Assembly (NCBI GenBank): GCA_964624065.1
Contig: CAZUWF010000007.1
Span: 14,134-78,133, forward strand
DNA: 64,000 nucleotides
Direction: 5' to 3'
DNA from: an uncultured Bacteroidales bacterium
GTDB lineage: Bacteria > Bacteroidota > Bacteroidia > Bacteroidales > UBA7960
The notes below the pieces were generated by a model that was not told the DNA's origin, did not search any database, and worked only from the letters and a program-made list of their open reading frames with translations. Shown here piece by piece: positions 28,799 to 38,065 of this stretch. Position 1 is the first letter of the stretch, and every line of letters begins with the position of its first letter. Position numbers and translations under genes: made by a program.

Positions 28799-31700
28799 AT
28801 GCATTCAGACAAGTTTTATCCGATTCCGCTTCAAATGCTGCTTAAAACTACCCTTAACCATTTAGGCCAAGGGCACTTTTGGGGCATTCCCTCGGTACTT
28901 TTTCACAAGCCAAAATCAGGTGCCCCCTACTCAACCAGTCGATATGGTAAATTTTTGGAAACCCCAATTGGGGTTGCAGCCGGGCCGCACACGCAACTGA
29001 GCCAAAACATTATTGCAGCGTGGCTAACAGGCTCACGTTTCATTGAGCTTAAAACAGTTCAAACCCTCGATGAGTTGAAAGTGCCAAAACCCTGCATTGA
29101 CATGCAAGATGAGGGCTACAACTGCGAATGGTCGCAAGAGTTGAAAATACATCAGTCATTCGACCAATACCTCGATGCTTGGATTATGCTGCACATTTTG
29201 AGGCACGAGTTGAAAATGGATGCAAGTGCTCAACCGGGGTTTATTTTCAATATGAGCGTGGGTTACAACCTTGAAGGAATAATGGAGCCCAACGTGCAGT
29301 GGTTTTTTGATAGGATGGCAGACTGCAGCCACGAACTTGCTGACAAAATAAGTGAAATCAAATCCATTTATCCAAAGGTAAAGGACATAGAAATTCCGAT
29401 TAGGATTTCTGACAATGTAACCCTTTCAACCATGCACGGCTGCCCGCCTGAAGAGATAGAAAAAATTGCCTCGTACCTTATTTCCCACAGGAAGTTACAC
29501 ACAGCCGTAAAGCTAAACCCAACCCTCCTGGGCAAAGAGAAACTGTATAGAATTATGAACCAATCTGGGTTCGACACTTTAGTGCCAAACCAAGCGTTTG
29601 AACACGACCTGAAATGGGAAGATGCCGTGCCGATGATCAAAAGGCTTGGAAAGTTGGCCGCAAAATACCAAAAACATTTTGGTCTGAAACTCACAAACAC
29701 TCTGGAGAGTGTAAACCACAAGGAAGTTTTTCCGGTAGAGGCAGAAATGATGTACAACAGCGGCAGATCGCTGCATCCCATTTCGGTAAACCTTGCACTG
29801 AAGTTGCAGCAGGAGTTCGATGGCCAGCTTGACATTTCTTTTTCGGGCGGTGCCCACGCTTTCAACATTAGTGACTTGGTCAAGTGTGGGCTTGCGCCGG
29901 TTACGGTTTGCACCGACTTCCTGAAACCAGGGGGGTATGGCCGTGCCAAGCAGTACCTCGATGAACTGGAAATAGCTTTGGACAAAAGCGACGCAAAAGG
30001 ACTTGACCAATTCATTTCTTCTGGTAATATAGGTCTTTCAAAATCGCAACATATAATTGAAAATTTGAAACAATATGCTGCCAAAACCCTTGATAGCTCC
30101 TTTTATAAAAACCAGTCCATCCACGAAACCTCAATAAAGACTACTCGGAAGCTGGACCACCTCGATTGTATTTTTGCCCCTTGCGAGGAGACTTGCCCCA
30201 CCGGTCAGGATATTCCCAATTACAACCACCACGCGGCACACGGCAACTTTGAAGAAGCTGCAAAAATTATCTTGCAAACAAACCCCTTTCCGCGAACAAC
30301 CGGTATGGTCTGCGACCACCTTTGCCAAACCAAGTGCACTCGCATAAACATCGACGAATCGGTAAAAATCAGGGAGATAAAGAGATTTGTGGCCGAAAAT
30401 AGCATTAAGAACAACCGATTTGACCGAATGGTAGAAAACGGCAAGAGGGTGGCAATTATCGGTGCTGGACCTTCGGGTTTGTCGGCAGCAAGGTTCTTGG
30501 CAACAGCAGGATTTTCGGTGGAAGTTTTTGAAGAAAAACCCGATAAGGGCGGTATGGTTAGGAGCGTGATTCCTGCATTCAGACTTACCACCCAAGCCAT
30601 TGAAACCGACATTGCCGAAATTGAAAACCTTGGCGTCAAGGTTTTTTTAAGCAAAACTGTTGACAAGTCTCTTTTGGAAAGGATGAGGCGGGATTTCGAT
30701 TACATATACATTGCAGCCGGGGCTCAAAAAACCAGCAGGCTTAACATACCAGGTATTGAATGTGACGGAGTACTCGACCCCTTGCTCGTGCTTGAAGCCG
30801 CGAAGCTGGGCAAGAGCGTTTCAATTGGGCCAAGGGTTGCAATAATTGGCGGTGGAAACACAGCAATGGACGCAGCCCGCACTGCCTACCGATTGGCAGG
30901 CAAGGAAGGAAAAGTAACCGTGGTTTACCGTCGCACCGTCAGGCAGATGCCCGCAGACCTTGGTGAAATAAAGGCAGTTATGGAGGAGGGTATAGAAATT
31001 TTAGAACTTGTTGCCCCGGTTAGCATAAAAACCAAAAACGGAAAGGTAAGCGCTTTGGTTTGCAATAAGATGGAGCTCGGCCAAAAGGACCACAGCGGCA
31101 GAGGCAAGCCTCAGGTTGTTCCTGACTCTGAGTTTGAAATTGAATTTGATACCATTATACCGGCCGTGGGGCAAGAACTGGCATTCGATTTCGGCAATGG
31201 TGAACTCCTTAAGGCAAAACCCTCAAGTTACGAAACCCAGTTGACCGGGGTTTACATTGGTGGCGACGCCCTGCGGGGTGCCTCAACGGCCATTAACGCC
31301 ATTGGCGATGGTCGCAAGGTTGCCCTAGAAATAATCAATAAGGAGAATATTAGCCTCCAAACCAAGCCTGACAACTTGCGCACTCCTGCCAGCCAAAACT
31401 GGCATCTGGAGCAAAGGGCCACGCGCATTGTAGGCACCCCTGTAAAGGAAGCACCGTTGGATCAAAGGCTTAACTTCGATTTGATTGCCACAACCCTTTC
31501 GGAAAAGGATACAATTCACGAAGCAAAGAGATGCTTGCTCTGCGACGAGTATTGCAGTATTTGCGTTGGGGTATGCCCCAACCTTGCTAACCAAACCTAC
31601 AATATTGCCACTCCGATAAGGTTTGCATTGGAAACCGCAATCCAAAACCACTTGGGCGAGGTATTTATTATAGGGGGCAACCATTTCGAAGTTTCGCAAA

Positions 31701-32095
31701 AATACCAGGTTTACAACATTGCTGATTTCTGCAACGAGTGCGGAAACTGCAACACTTTTTGCCCCTCCGCCGGAGCACCGTACAAAGACAAGCCAAAATT
31801 TCATCTAACCGATGAAAGTTGGAGTAACGCAGAGGAGGGATTCAGAATAACCCTCAATGGAGATGAATCAACAATTGAAAGCAAATCCAATGGTGGTGTT
31901 ACTCGAAAACTTTCCGGCTGCAAACAAGGAAATACCTATACATACGAAACAAATAGTGCCATCGCCACCCTCAATAAGGAGACCCTCAAGATAACCAGCG
32001 TAAACTTTAAGCAAATGGGAGAGCAAGAGGTAAGATTGGAGGATGCGGCGCTAATGCATATTTTGCTATCAAATGTTTACCTTGGGGCTTATTAA
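28799..32095 (+). CDS. ygfK: YgfK-family Fe-S flavoprotein (annotated elsewhere as 'putative selenate reductase subunit YgfK'): DHOD/DPD-like TIM barrel, GltD-like FAD/NAD(P) module and 2x[4Fe-4S] ferredoxin
   Basis: 1098 aa. Blocks shared with E. coli YgfK as I recall it: AAGPHTQLSQNI, WLTGSRFIELKTVQ, KPCIDMQDEGYNCEWSQE, FIFNMSVGYNLEGI, TLSTMHGCPPEEIE, VKLNPTLLG. Also has dinucleotide folds VAIIGAGPSGLSAA and VAIIGGGNTAMDAA and Cys clusters CLLCDEYCSICVGVCPN and FCNECGNCNTFCPS. Confidence 0.9.
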   Translation: MHSDKFYPIPLQMLLKTTLNHLGQGHFWGIPSVLFHKPKSGAPYSTSRYGKFLETPIGVAAGPHTQLSQNIIAAWLTGSRFIELKTVQTLDELKVPKPCIDMQDEGYNCEWSQELKIHQSFDQYLDAWIMLHILRHELKMDASAQPGFIFNMSVGYNLEGIMEPNVQWFFDRMADCSHELADKISEIKSIYPKVKDIEIPIRISDNVTLSTMHGCPPEEIEKIASYLISHRKLHTAVKLNPTLLGKEKLYRIMNQSGFDTLVPNQAFEHDLKWEDAVPMIKRLGKLAAKYQKHFGLKLTNTLESVNHKEVFPVEAEMMYNSGRSLHPISVNLALKLQQEFDGQLDISFSGGAHAFNISDLVKCGLAPVTVCTDFLKPGGYGRAKQYLDELEIALDKSDAKGLDQFISSGNIGLSKSQHIIENLKQYAAKTLDSSFYKNQSIHETSIKTTRKLDHLDCIFAPCEETCPTGQDIPNYNHHAAHGNFEEAAKIILQTNPFPRTTGMVCDHLCQTKCTRINIDESVKIREIKRFVAENSIKNNRFDRMVENGKRVAIIGAGPSGLSAARFLATAGFSVEVFEEKPDKGGMVRSVIPAFRLTTQAIETDIAEIENLGVKVFLSKTVDKSLLERMRRDFDYIYIAAGAQKTSRLNIPGIECDGVLDPLLVLEAAKLGKSVSIGPRVAIIGGGNTAMDAARTAYRLAGKEGKVTVVYRRTVRQMPADLGEIKAVMEEGIEILELVAPVSIKTKNGKVSALVCNKMELGQKDHSGRGKPQVVPDSEFEIEFDTIIPAVGQELAFDFGNGELLKAKPSSYETQLTGVYIGGDALRGASTAINAIGDGRKVALEIINKENISLQTKPDNLRTPASQNWHLEQRATRIVGTPVKEAPLDQRLNFDLIATTLSEKDTIHEAKRCLLCDEYCSICVGVCPNLANQTYNIATPIRFALETAIQNHLGEVFIIGGNHFEVSQKYQVYNIADFCNECGNCNTFCPSAGAPYKDKPKFHLTDESWSNAEEGFRITLNGDESTIESKSNGGVTRKLSGCKQGNTYTYETNSAIATLNKETLKITSVNFKQMGEQEVRLEDAALMHILLSNVYLGAY

Positions 32096-32138
32096 ACTCT
32101 ACAAAGACACACAATTACATAAATAATAATCAAGTTTT

Positions 32139-33617
32139 ATGATTGACCTAATCACAAAAGTACACGACTCTGATGTTCGCTCCAAGGCCATAAAGCGGTT
32201 CCGCGAAAAGGGTATCTTGCTTCCTACTTTTGGTCAGATGCGAAACCCTGACCTTATTCCTGAGGAAATCAAGGACAAACTCAAAGGTGTTGGCCTTTGG
32301 GAATTAAACCCGTTAAACCTGTTCCGCATTACCTGGAAGAACGAGCCTGTGGCAAAGGGGGGTGGTTTCGCAAAGGTGAACCACCTTGAGCTACCTTCGT
32401 CGCTAACCGGTGTAAAGGCCCGCATTGTAGTAATAATTGGCAAGTGGTTTCCAACAGGAGCCCACAAGGTTGGTGCCGCTTACGGTTGTCTGGCCCCCCG
32501 ATTGATATCAGGGCAGTTCGACCCCACAAGGCACAAGGCGGTTTGGCCCTCAACGGGCAATTACTGCCGCGGGGGTGCCTTTGACTCGTACCTGATGGGC
32601 TGCGAATCGGTTGCAATCTTGCCCGAAGAAATGAGCCGCGAGCGTTTCGAATGGCTTCGCGAAATAGGTGCTGAAATTTTTGCCACCCCAGGATGTGAAT
32701 CGAACGTCAAGGAAATATACGACAAGTGCTGGGAGTTGAGGCGCACCCAACCCGACTACGTAATCCTAAACCAATTCGATGAGTTCGGAAATCCTGTCTG
32801 GCATTACAACGTTACGGGTCCGGCCCTCGAAGAAACTTATGGGTATATTAAAAACGGAAAGTCAAACCTTGCTGCCTACGTCTCCAATACCGGCTCGGCT
32901 GGCACTATTGCAGCCGGCGACTATCTTAAAACAAAGTTTCCAAACTTGAAGGTTGTTGCTTCGGAAGCACTTCAATGCCCTACTTTGCTCAACAACGGCT
33001 TTGGCGGGCACAGGATTGAAGGTATTGGCGACAAGCACATTCCTTGGGTTCACAACGTTAGGGAAACTGATTTGGTAACAGCCATCGATGACGAGGATTG
33101 CATTCGAATAATGAGGCTTTTCAACCACCAGCAGGGGAAAGACCTATTGGTTGAAGCGGGCGTGGAACCACAAGTAGTGGATAGCTTGAATTTGCTCGGA
33201 ATTTCTGGCATTGCAAATTTGCTTTCGGCCATTAAAACCGCGAAGTACTTTGAATACACCCAGGATGACGTAATAGTTTCCATTGCAACCGACAGTATGG
33301 AAATGTACGGGTCAAGGATTGAAGAGGAAGACCACGCCAAAGGGGCTTATTCGACAATTCAGGCAGCCCGAGACTTCGATAGGTGCTTGCTTGGCCAGGG
33401 TGCGGAATACCTAAAAGAGTTGACATACCCCGAAAGGAAGGCCATTCACAACCTGAAGTATTTCACCTGGGTTGAACAGCAAGAAAAGGATGTAAAAGAC
33501 CTTAACCGCCTTTGGTACGATCGTGAACTATGGCCTCAACTATTCTCACAAGCCAATGTTTGGGACAAAATGATTGAGGAGTTTAATGGTGAGGTTAGGG
33601 CAGGAAAAAGAGATTGA
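32139..33617 (+). CDS. Fold-type II (TrpB/CysK-like) PLP-dependent enzyme, unassigned subfamily
   Basis: 492 aa. The candidate PLP-lysine motif FPTGAHKVGAAYG compares with TrpB HTGAHKIN. There is a Gly-rich phosphate loop, NTGSAGTIAAG. N-terminal (about 90 aa) and C-terminal (about 130 aa) extensions go beyond a CysK-sized core. Confidence 0.75.
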   Translation: MIDLITKVHDSDVRSKAIKRFREKGILLPTFGQMRNPDLIPEEIKDKLKGVGLWELNPLNLFRITWKNEPVAKGGGFAKVNHLELPSSLTGVKARIVVIIGKWFPTGAHKVGAAYGCLAPRLISGQFDPTRHKAVWPSTGNYCRGGAFDSYLMGCESVAILPEEMSRERFEWLREIGAEIFATPGCESNVKEIYDKCWELRRTQPDYVILNQFDEFGNPVWHYNVTGPALEETYGYIKNGKSNLAAYVSNTGSAGTIAAGDYLKTKFPNLKVVASEALQCPTLLNNGFGGHRIEGIGDKHIPWVHNVRETDLVTAIDDEDCIRIMRLFNHQQGKDLLVEAGVEPQVVDSLNLLGISGIANLLSAIKTAKYFEYTQDDVIVSIATDSMEMYGSRIEEEDHAKGAYSTIQAARDFDRCLLGQGAEYLKELTYPERKAIHNLKYFTWVEQQEKDVKDLNRLWYDRELWPQLFSQANVWDKMIEEFNGEVRAGKRD

Positions 33618-33888
33618 TGGATTAAGGTTGAGGAAATAGAATTTGCCAGTTTGAATTTTTGGAACTCGGATCGGCCGGTAGGCTGACCCTTTGCGCGAAT
33701 TGATAAGATAGCCAAAGATTATTTGGGCAACCTTTAAGCTCGTTAAGGTAAAATAGGTAACCATCAAGCATAGGCAGTTAGTAGGCGGCGGTTAGCGGCA
33801 ACAATAATCTTACTATAGCAAACTTGCAACCTTAATGTTCCGTACCATAACGGTTTTTTGCCTTAGAAATAAACTACAACCTAACAAT

Positions 33889-35133
33889 ATGTCGAAAAAA
33901 TTCATTTTACAATGCGTGAATTGCGGGAACCAATTGCCCGCAGGGGCTTTTGCTTACCTATGTCCTCCTTGCTCCGAAAAGCAAACCTCCCAAATACCAC
34001 CCCTGGGAGTACTCAAAACCCTCTACGATTACGAGGGAATTAAAAAAAAATACTCAACTGTCAACCTGTTCGAGGCATTAAAAGCAAACCATTTCATTGA
34101 CATTTTGCCTATTGAAAACAACGCCAGTCGAGGTACCTTACGTGTGGGTAACACACCTTTGTACGAGTTTGAGCTTGGAAGCAAGGATGGCGGCAAACTT
34201 AAATTCCTTTTGAAAGACGATTCGCAAAACCCCACGTTTTCTCTAAAGGATAGAGCCTCGCAGGTAGTATCGGCATACGCCAGGGAAAACGGATTTGACA
34301 CCATGGTTGCTGCCTCCACGGGAAACGCCGGGTCTTCATTGGCAGGAATTTGTGCTTCGCAGGGTCAAAGGGCAATCATTATGGTTCCTAAAACCGTTCC
34401 GCAGGCAAAACTGACTCAAATAATAATGTATGGCGCAACTCCTGTACTGGTTGATGGCAACTATGATGCCGCTTTCGATCTAAGCGTGGAGGCATCCAAG
34501 CATTTCGGGTGGTTTAATCGTAACACAGGGTTCAACCCACTCACCATTGAAGGCAAAAAGACAGTTTCTCTCGAAATTTACGACCAGTTAAACGGGAAAC
34601 TTCCTTCAGTGATGTTTGTATCGGCTGGTGATGGGGTTATTATCTCCGGGGTTTACAAGGGCTTTGAGGATTTGCTCAAACTCGGAATAATATCAAACAT
34701 ACCAACAATAGTTGCAGTTCAGTCAGAGAGGAGCGACAACCTTGTTAGGAATATGAATACCGAGGATTTTGTGATGACCCCATCAACAACAATGGCTGAT
34801 AGCATTTCGGTTGACTATCCGCGAAATTTTTATATGGCAAAATCATTCTTGAAAAAATACCAAGGGAAATGGTTAACCGTTTCGGATGAGGAGATAATGA
34901 AGGCAGCCTCGAATTTGGCCAAAAATACCGGAATTTTTGCTGAACCTGCCGCAGCAGCAGCAATGGCCGGAATGATCAAGTACAGCAATTACCACAATGA
35001 CCACAGACTCAGCTCAATGCTCGTTCTTTCAACCGGTAGCGGCCTGAAAGATTTGAACGCGTGCCGCGATGCCGTGAAAATCCCAAAACCTATTTCACCA
35101 AAAGTGGAGGAGCTGGAGAAGTTGTTAAGTTGA
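33889..35133 (+). CDS. Threonine synthase-like fold-type II PLP enzyme with an N-terminal CxxC..CxxC zinc ribbon
   Basis: Has the Zn ribbon CVNCGN-x14-CPPCSE, the PLP lysine motif FSLKDRAS and ASTGNAGSSLA. I prefer ATG 33889 over the track start at 33835. Confidence 0.75.
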   Translation: MSKKFILQCVNCGNQLPAGAFAYLCPPCSEKQTSQIPPLGVLKTLYDYEGIKKKYSTVNLFEALKANHFIDILPIENNASRGTLRVGNTPLYEFELGSKDGGKLKFLLKDDSQNPTFSLKDRASQVVSAYARENGFDTMVAASTGNAGSSLAGICASQGQRAIIMVPKTVPQAKLTQIIMYGATPVLVDGNYDAAFDLSVEASKHFGWFNRNTGFNPLTIEGKKTVSLEIYDQLNGKLPSVMFVSAGDGVIISGVYKGFEDLLKLGIISNIPTIVAVQSERSDNLVRNMNTEDFVMTPSTTMADSISVDYPRNFYMAKSFLKKYQGKWLTVSDEEIMKAASNLAKNTGIFAEPAAAAAMAGMIKYSNYHNDHRLSSMLVLSTGSGLKDLNACRDAVKIPKPISPKVEELEKLLS

Positions 35134-35325
35134 TGGGTTAATTTGTCGAGGAGGTGACGGATTAACAATTTTGTGTTTCTCATTTCAAATTCTGCTTTGT
35201 GAACCATAGGGCTCTTTGTAACTTTGTAGTAAATATGTTTTTAATTTGTAACTTGCTTTATTCTATATTTCTTTCTTGCCTTTAGACAAAAAACACCAAC
35301 AGTGCATTTGAATTGCTTTAAAAAA

Positions 35326-37893
35326 ATGATAAAATTAACATTAAACGGTCAGGAAGTAACCTACGAGGGCGATCCCGAAAAAAAGCTTTTGGAGTTTTTG
35401 CGCATTGATAACCACCTGACCTCAGCCAAGGATGGTTGTTCGGGAGAAGGCTTCTGCGGTGCCTGCACGGTTGAAATAAATGGAATGGCCCGCCTTGCAT
35501 GCACCACCACGATGAAAAACCTGCAGGGAGCCACAGTGCTAACTTTGGAAGGTTTCCCGGAAAAGGTAAAAAAGGTTATAGTAAATTCCTTTGTCAACAA
35601 GGGTGCGGTTCAGTGCGGGTATTGCATACCCGGGTTCGTCTCGCGCACCAAGGTGCTGCTCGAGAAAAACCCCAGCCCAACCATCTTGGACATAAGGCAA
35701 GCCATAAAACCACATATTTGTCGCTGCACGGGTTACAAGAAAATAGAGGAAGGGATTGCGGAGGCCGCAAGGGCAATTAACCAAAATATTGAACTTGAGC
35801 TCAACCAAACCTCCGGATGCATAGGCGAATCACAGCCCAAGTACCAGGCTGCCGAAACCGCCTGTGGACAGAGGAAATTTGTCAACGATATGTTTTTCGA
35901 GGGGATGCATTTTGGCGCCCTAAGGTTTAGCGACCATCCAAGGGCATTAGTAAAGAGAATCAATGTTGATGCAGCACAAATGCTTGAAGGAGTGGTTGAG
36001 ATTTTTACGGCTGCCAACATTCCCGGCACACAAAAAGTTGGATTGATCAACAACGATTGGCCGGTAATGATTGCCGAGGGCCAAATTACCAATTTTATTG
36101 GCGATGTATTGGCCGGAGTTGTAGCAACAACCGAAGAGGTTGCGCGTCAAGCGGTTGCCCTAATTAGTGTTGACTATGAAGTTCTCAAGCCCATAACCGA
36201 TCCCTTCGAGGCGGTTCACGGAGAAAGGGTTCACTCGGATCGCCCCAACGTTTACGATACCACACGATTTACCGTAGGCGACATAGAAAGTGCTTTTGCC
36301 CAGGCGAAGTACATAACCAAAGACCGGTTCGAGACCCAAAGGGTAGAACATGCATATCTGGAAACCGAATCGGCCGTGGCCATTCCTGATGATGACGACG
36401 GAATTATTGTTTACACCCAAAGCCAGGGTATATATGTTGACCGCAAGCAACTATCAACCGTTTTGGCCATTCCCGAATGGAAAATCAGGGTGGTGCAAGT
36501 ACCCAACGGCGGTGCCTTTGGTGGTAAGGAGGATTTGAGCGTTCAGGCACATACAGCATTATTTGCGTTCCTGCTAAAAAAGCCGGTTAAAATTACCCTT
36601 TCGCGAAGCGAGTCCATTAGGTTGCACCCCAAGAGGCACCCGGTGTTCATGGATATGGAGCTGGCAGCCGACGAGGATGGCAAGCTAATTGGCCTTAAAC
36701 TTTTTGCAACTGGCGATTCGGGTGCTTATGCCTCTGTGGGCGCAAAAGTGATGGAAAGGGTGGCGGGCCACGCCTCGGCTGGATACTACATTCCAAACGT
36801 ATCCATTGAGTCACGGGCTGTGTACACCAACAACGTACCGTGCGGAGCAATGCGAGGGTTCGGGGCCAACCAGGTTTGCTTTGCAATTGAAGCCAGCATT
36901 GACCATATTTGTTATCAGGCAGGTTTCGATAGGTGGAAAATCAGGTACGATAATGCCCTAGCCGACGGCTTGGCAACCTCAACCGGACACAAAGTTACCG
37001 GAGTTGGAATTAAAGCTTGCCTCGAGGCCATTAAGGATGACTTCTACTCTGCAAAACACGCAGGATTGGCAGTGGCCATCAAGAATTCGGGCGTTGGCAA
37101 TGGTATGGTAGACGAATCAAAGGTAATTATTGAAATATTCGACGGCGGAAGGGTTAAGATAAGCCATGGCTGGACCGAAATGGGTCAGGGAGTTCACAGT
37201 ATGGCCATTCAGACCCTATGCCAAGAAATTGGAATTGACCCCTTCAAAGTTGATGTAGAAACCGATACTAACGCTGACATACCTACAGGTATGACAACCT
37301 CCTCACGCGGAACGGCTTTGTTAGGACTTGCAGTTATAAATGCCTGCCAATCATTAAAGGAAGACTTAAAAACCAGCACCTTGGAACAGCTTGCCGGTAA
37401 GACCTACCGGGGGCAATTCGTGTGCGATTGGACCACCAAGCCTGGCACGCCAGGTGTGGAGCAGGTTACGCACTACTCTTATGGCTACGCAGCACAGGTG
37501 TGCATTTTGGACCACAACGGAAAAATTGACAAGATTGTAGCAGCACACGATGCCGGAAAAATAATGAACCAGATGCTTTTCGAAGGACAGATTGAAGGCG
37601 GCGTGGCTATGGGGGTTGGCTATGCCTTAACTGAAAACCTGCCAATGAAAGATGGATTTTTGGTCAGCGACAAAATGAAAGACCTCGGCCTGTTGCGAGC
37701 CCACCAAACTCCAACCATCGTGGTAAAAGGTGTTGAAGTTAACGACCCAGTAGGACCATACGGAGCCAAGGGAATAGGCGAAATTGGCATGGTACCAACC
37801 GCCGCTGCAATAGCCAACGCCTATTATGCATTTGGGGGTATAAAGCCAACAAAACTTCCTTTGGGCTATAAACTAGAGGCAGCTAAAAATTAA
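35326..37893 (+). CDS. Molybdopterin-dependent hydroxylase with fused N-terminal 2x[2Fe-2S] domains (XdhD / 'selenium-dependent xanthine dehydrogenase'-type architecture)
   Basis: Has CSGEGFCGACTV and CRCTGYKKI clusters, then an a/b-hammerhead and Moco domains with the GGAFGGKED motif. There is no FAD domain. The ATG at 35326 (MIKLTLNGQEV) is preferred over the GTG at 35302. Confidence 0.88.
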   Translation: MIKLTLNGQEVTYEGDPEKKLLEFLRIDNHLTSAKDGCSGEGFCGACTVEINGMARLACTTTMKNLQGATVLTLEGFPEKVKKVIVNSFVNKGAVQCGYCIPGFVSRTKVLLEKNPSPTILDIRQAIKPHICRCTGYKKIEEGIAEAARAINQNIELELNQTSGCIGESQPKYQAAETACGQRKFVNDMFFEGMHFGALRFSDHPRALVKRINVDAAQMLEGVVEIFTAANIPGTQKVGLINNDWPVMIAEGQITNFIGDVLAGVVATTEEVARQAVALISVDYEVLKPITDPFEAVHGERVHSDRPNVYDTTRFTVGDIESAFAQAKYITKDRFETQRVEHAYLETESAVAIPDDDDGIIVYTQSQGIYVDRKQLSTVLAIPEWKIRVVQVPNGGAFGGKEDLSVQAHTALFAFLLKKPVKITLSRSESIRLHPKRHPVFMDMELAADEDGKLIGLKLFATGDSGAYASVGAKVMERVAGHASAGYYIPNVSIESRAVYTNNVPCGAMRGFGANQVCFAIEASIDHICYQAGFDRWKIRYDNALADGLATSTGHKVTGVGIKACLEAIKDDFYSAKHAGLAVAIKNSGVGNGMVDESKVIIEIFDGGRVKISHGWTEMGQGVHSMAIQTLCQEIGIDPFKVDVETDTNADIPTGMTTSSRGTALLGLAVINACQSLKEDLKTSTLEQLAGKTYRGQFVCDWTTKPGTPGVEQVTHYSYGYAAQVCILDHNGKIDKIVAAHDAGKIMNQMLFEGQIEGGVAMGVGYALTENLPMKDGFLVSDKMKDLGLLRAHQTPTIVVKGVEVNDPVGPYGAKGIGEIGMVPTAAAIANAYYAFGGIKPTKLPLGYKLEAAKN

Positions 37894-38065
37894 AAATTAG
37901 GAAATAAGAGAAGAACCTTATGAGTTCTATTGAAATAAATATAAGTTGAAATATTGCCAATTGCATACCTGCCTGCGGCCTTCCACACGCACTTTGCCGC
38001 CAGCATATTTGTATTTTACAAATTTTCTAAACCAATAACCACTTGCAAATTACTAATTACTAAAA

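Noticed and set aside
29368-30084. 238-aa and 143-aa minus-strand ORFs inside ygfK
   Set aside because: They lie entirely antisense to a CDS with strong full-length homology. Their composition is low-complexity and Ser/Cys/Phe-rich, which is typical of shadow ORFs.
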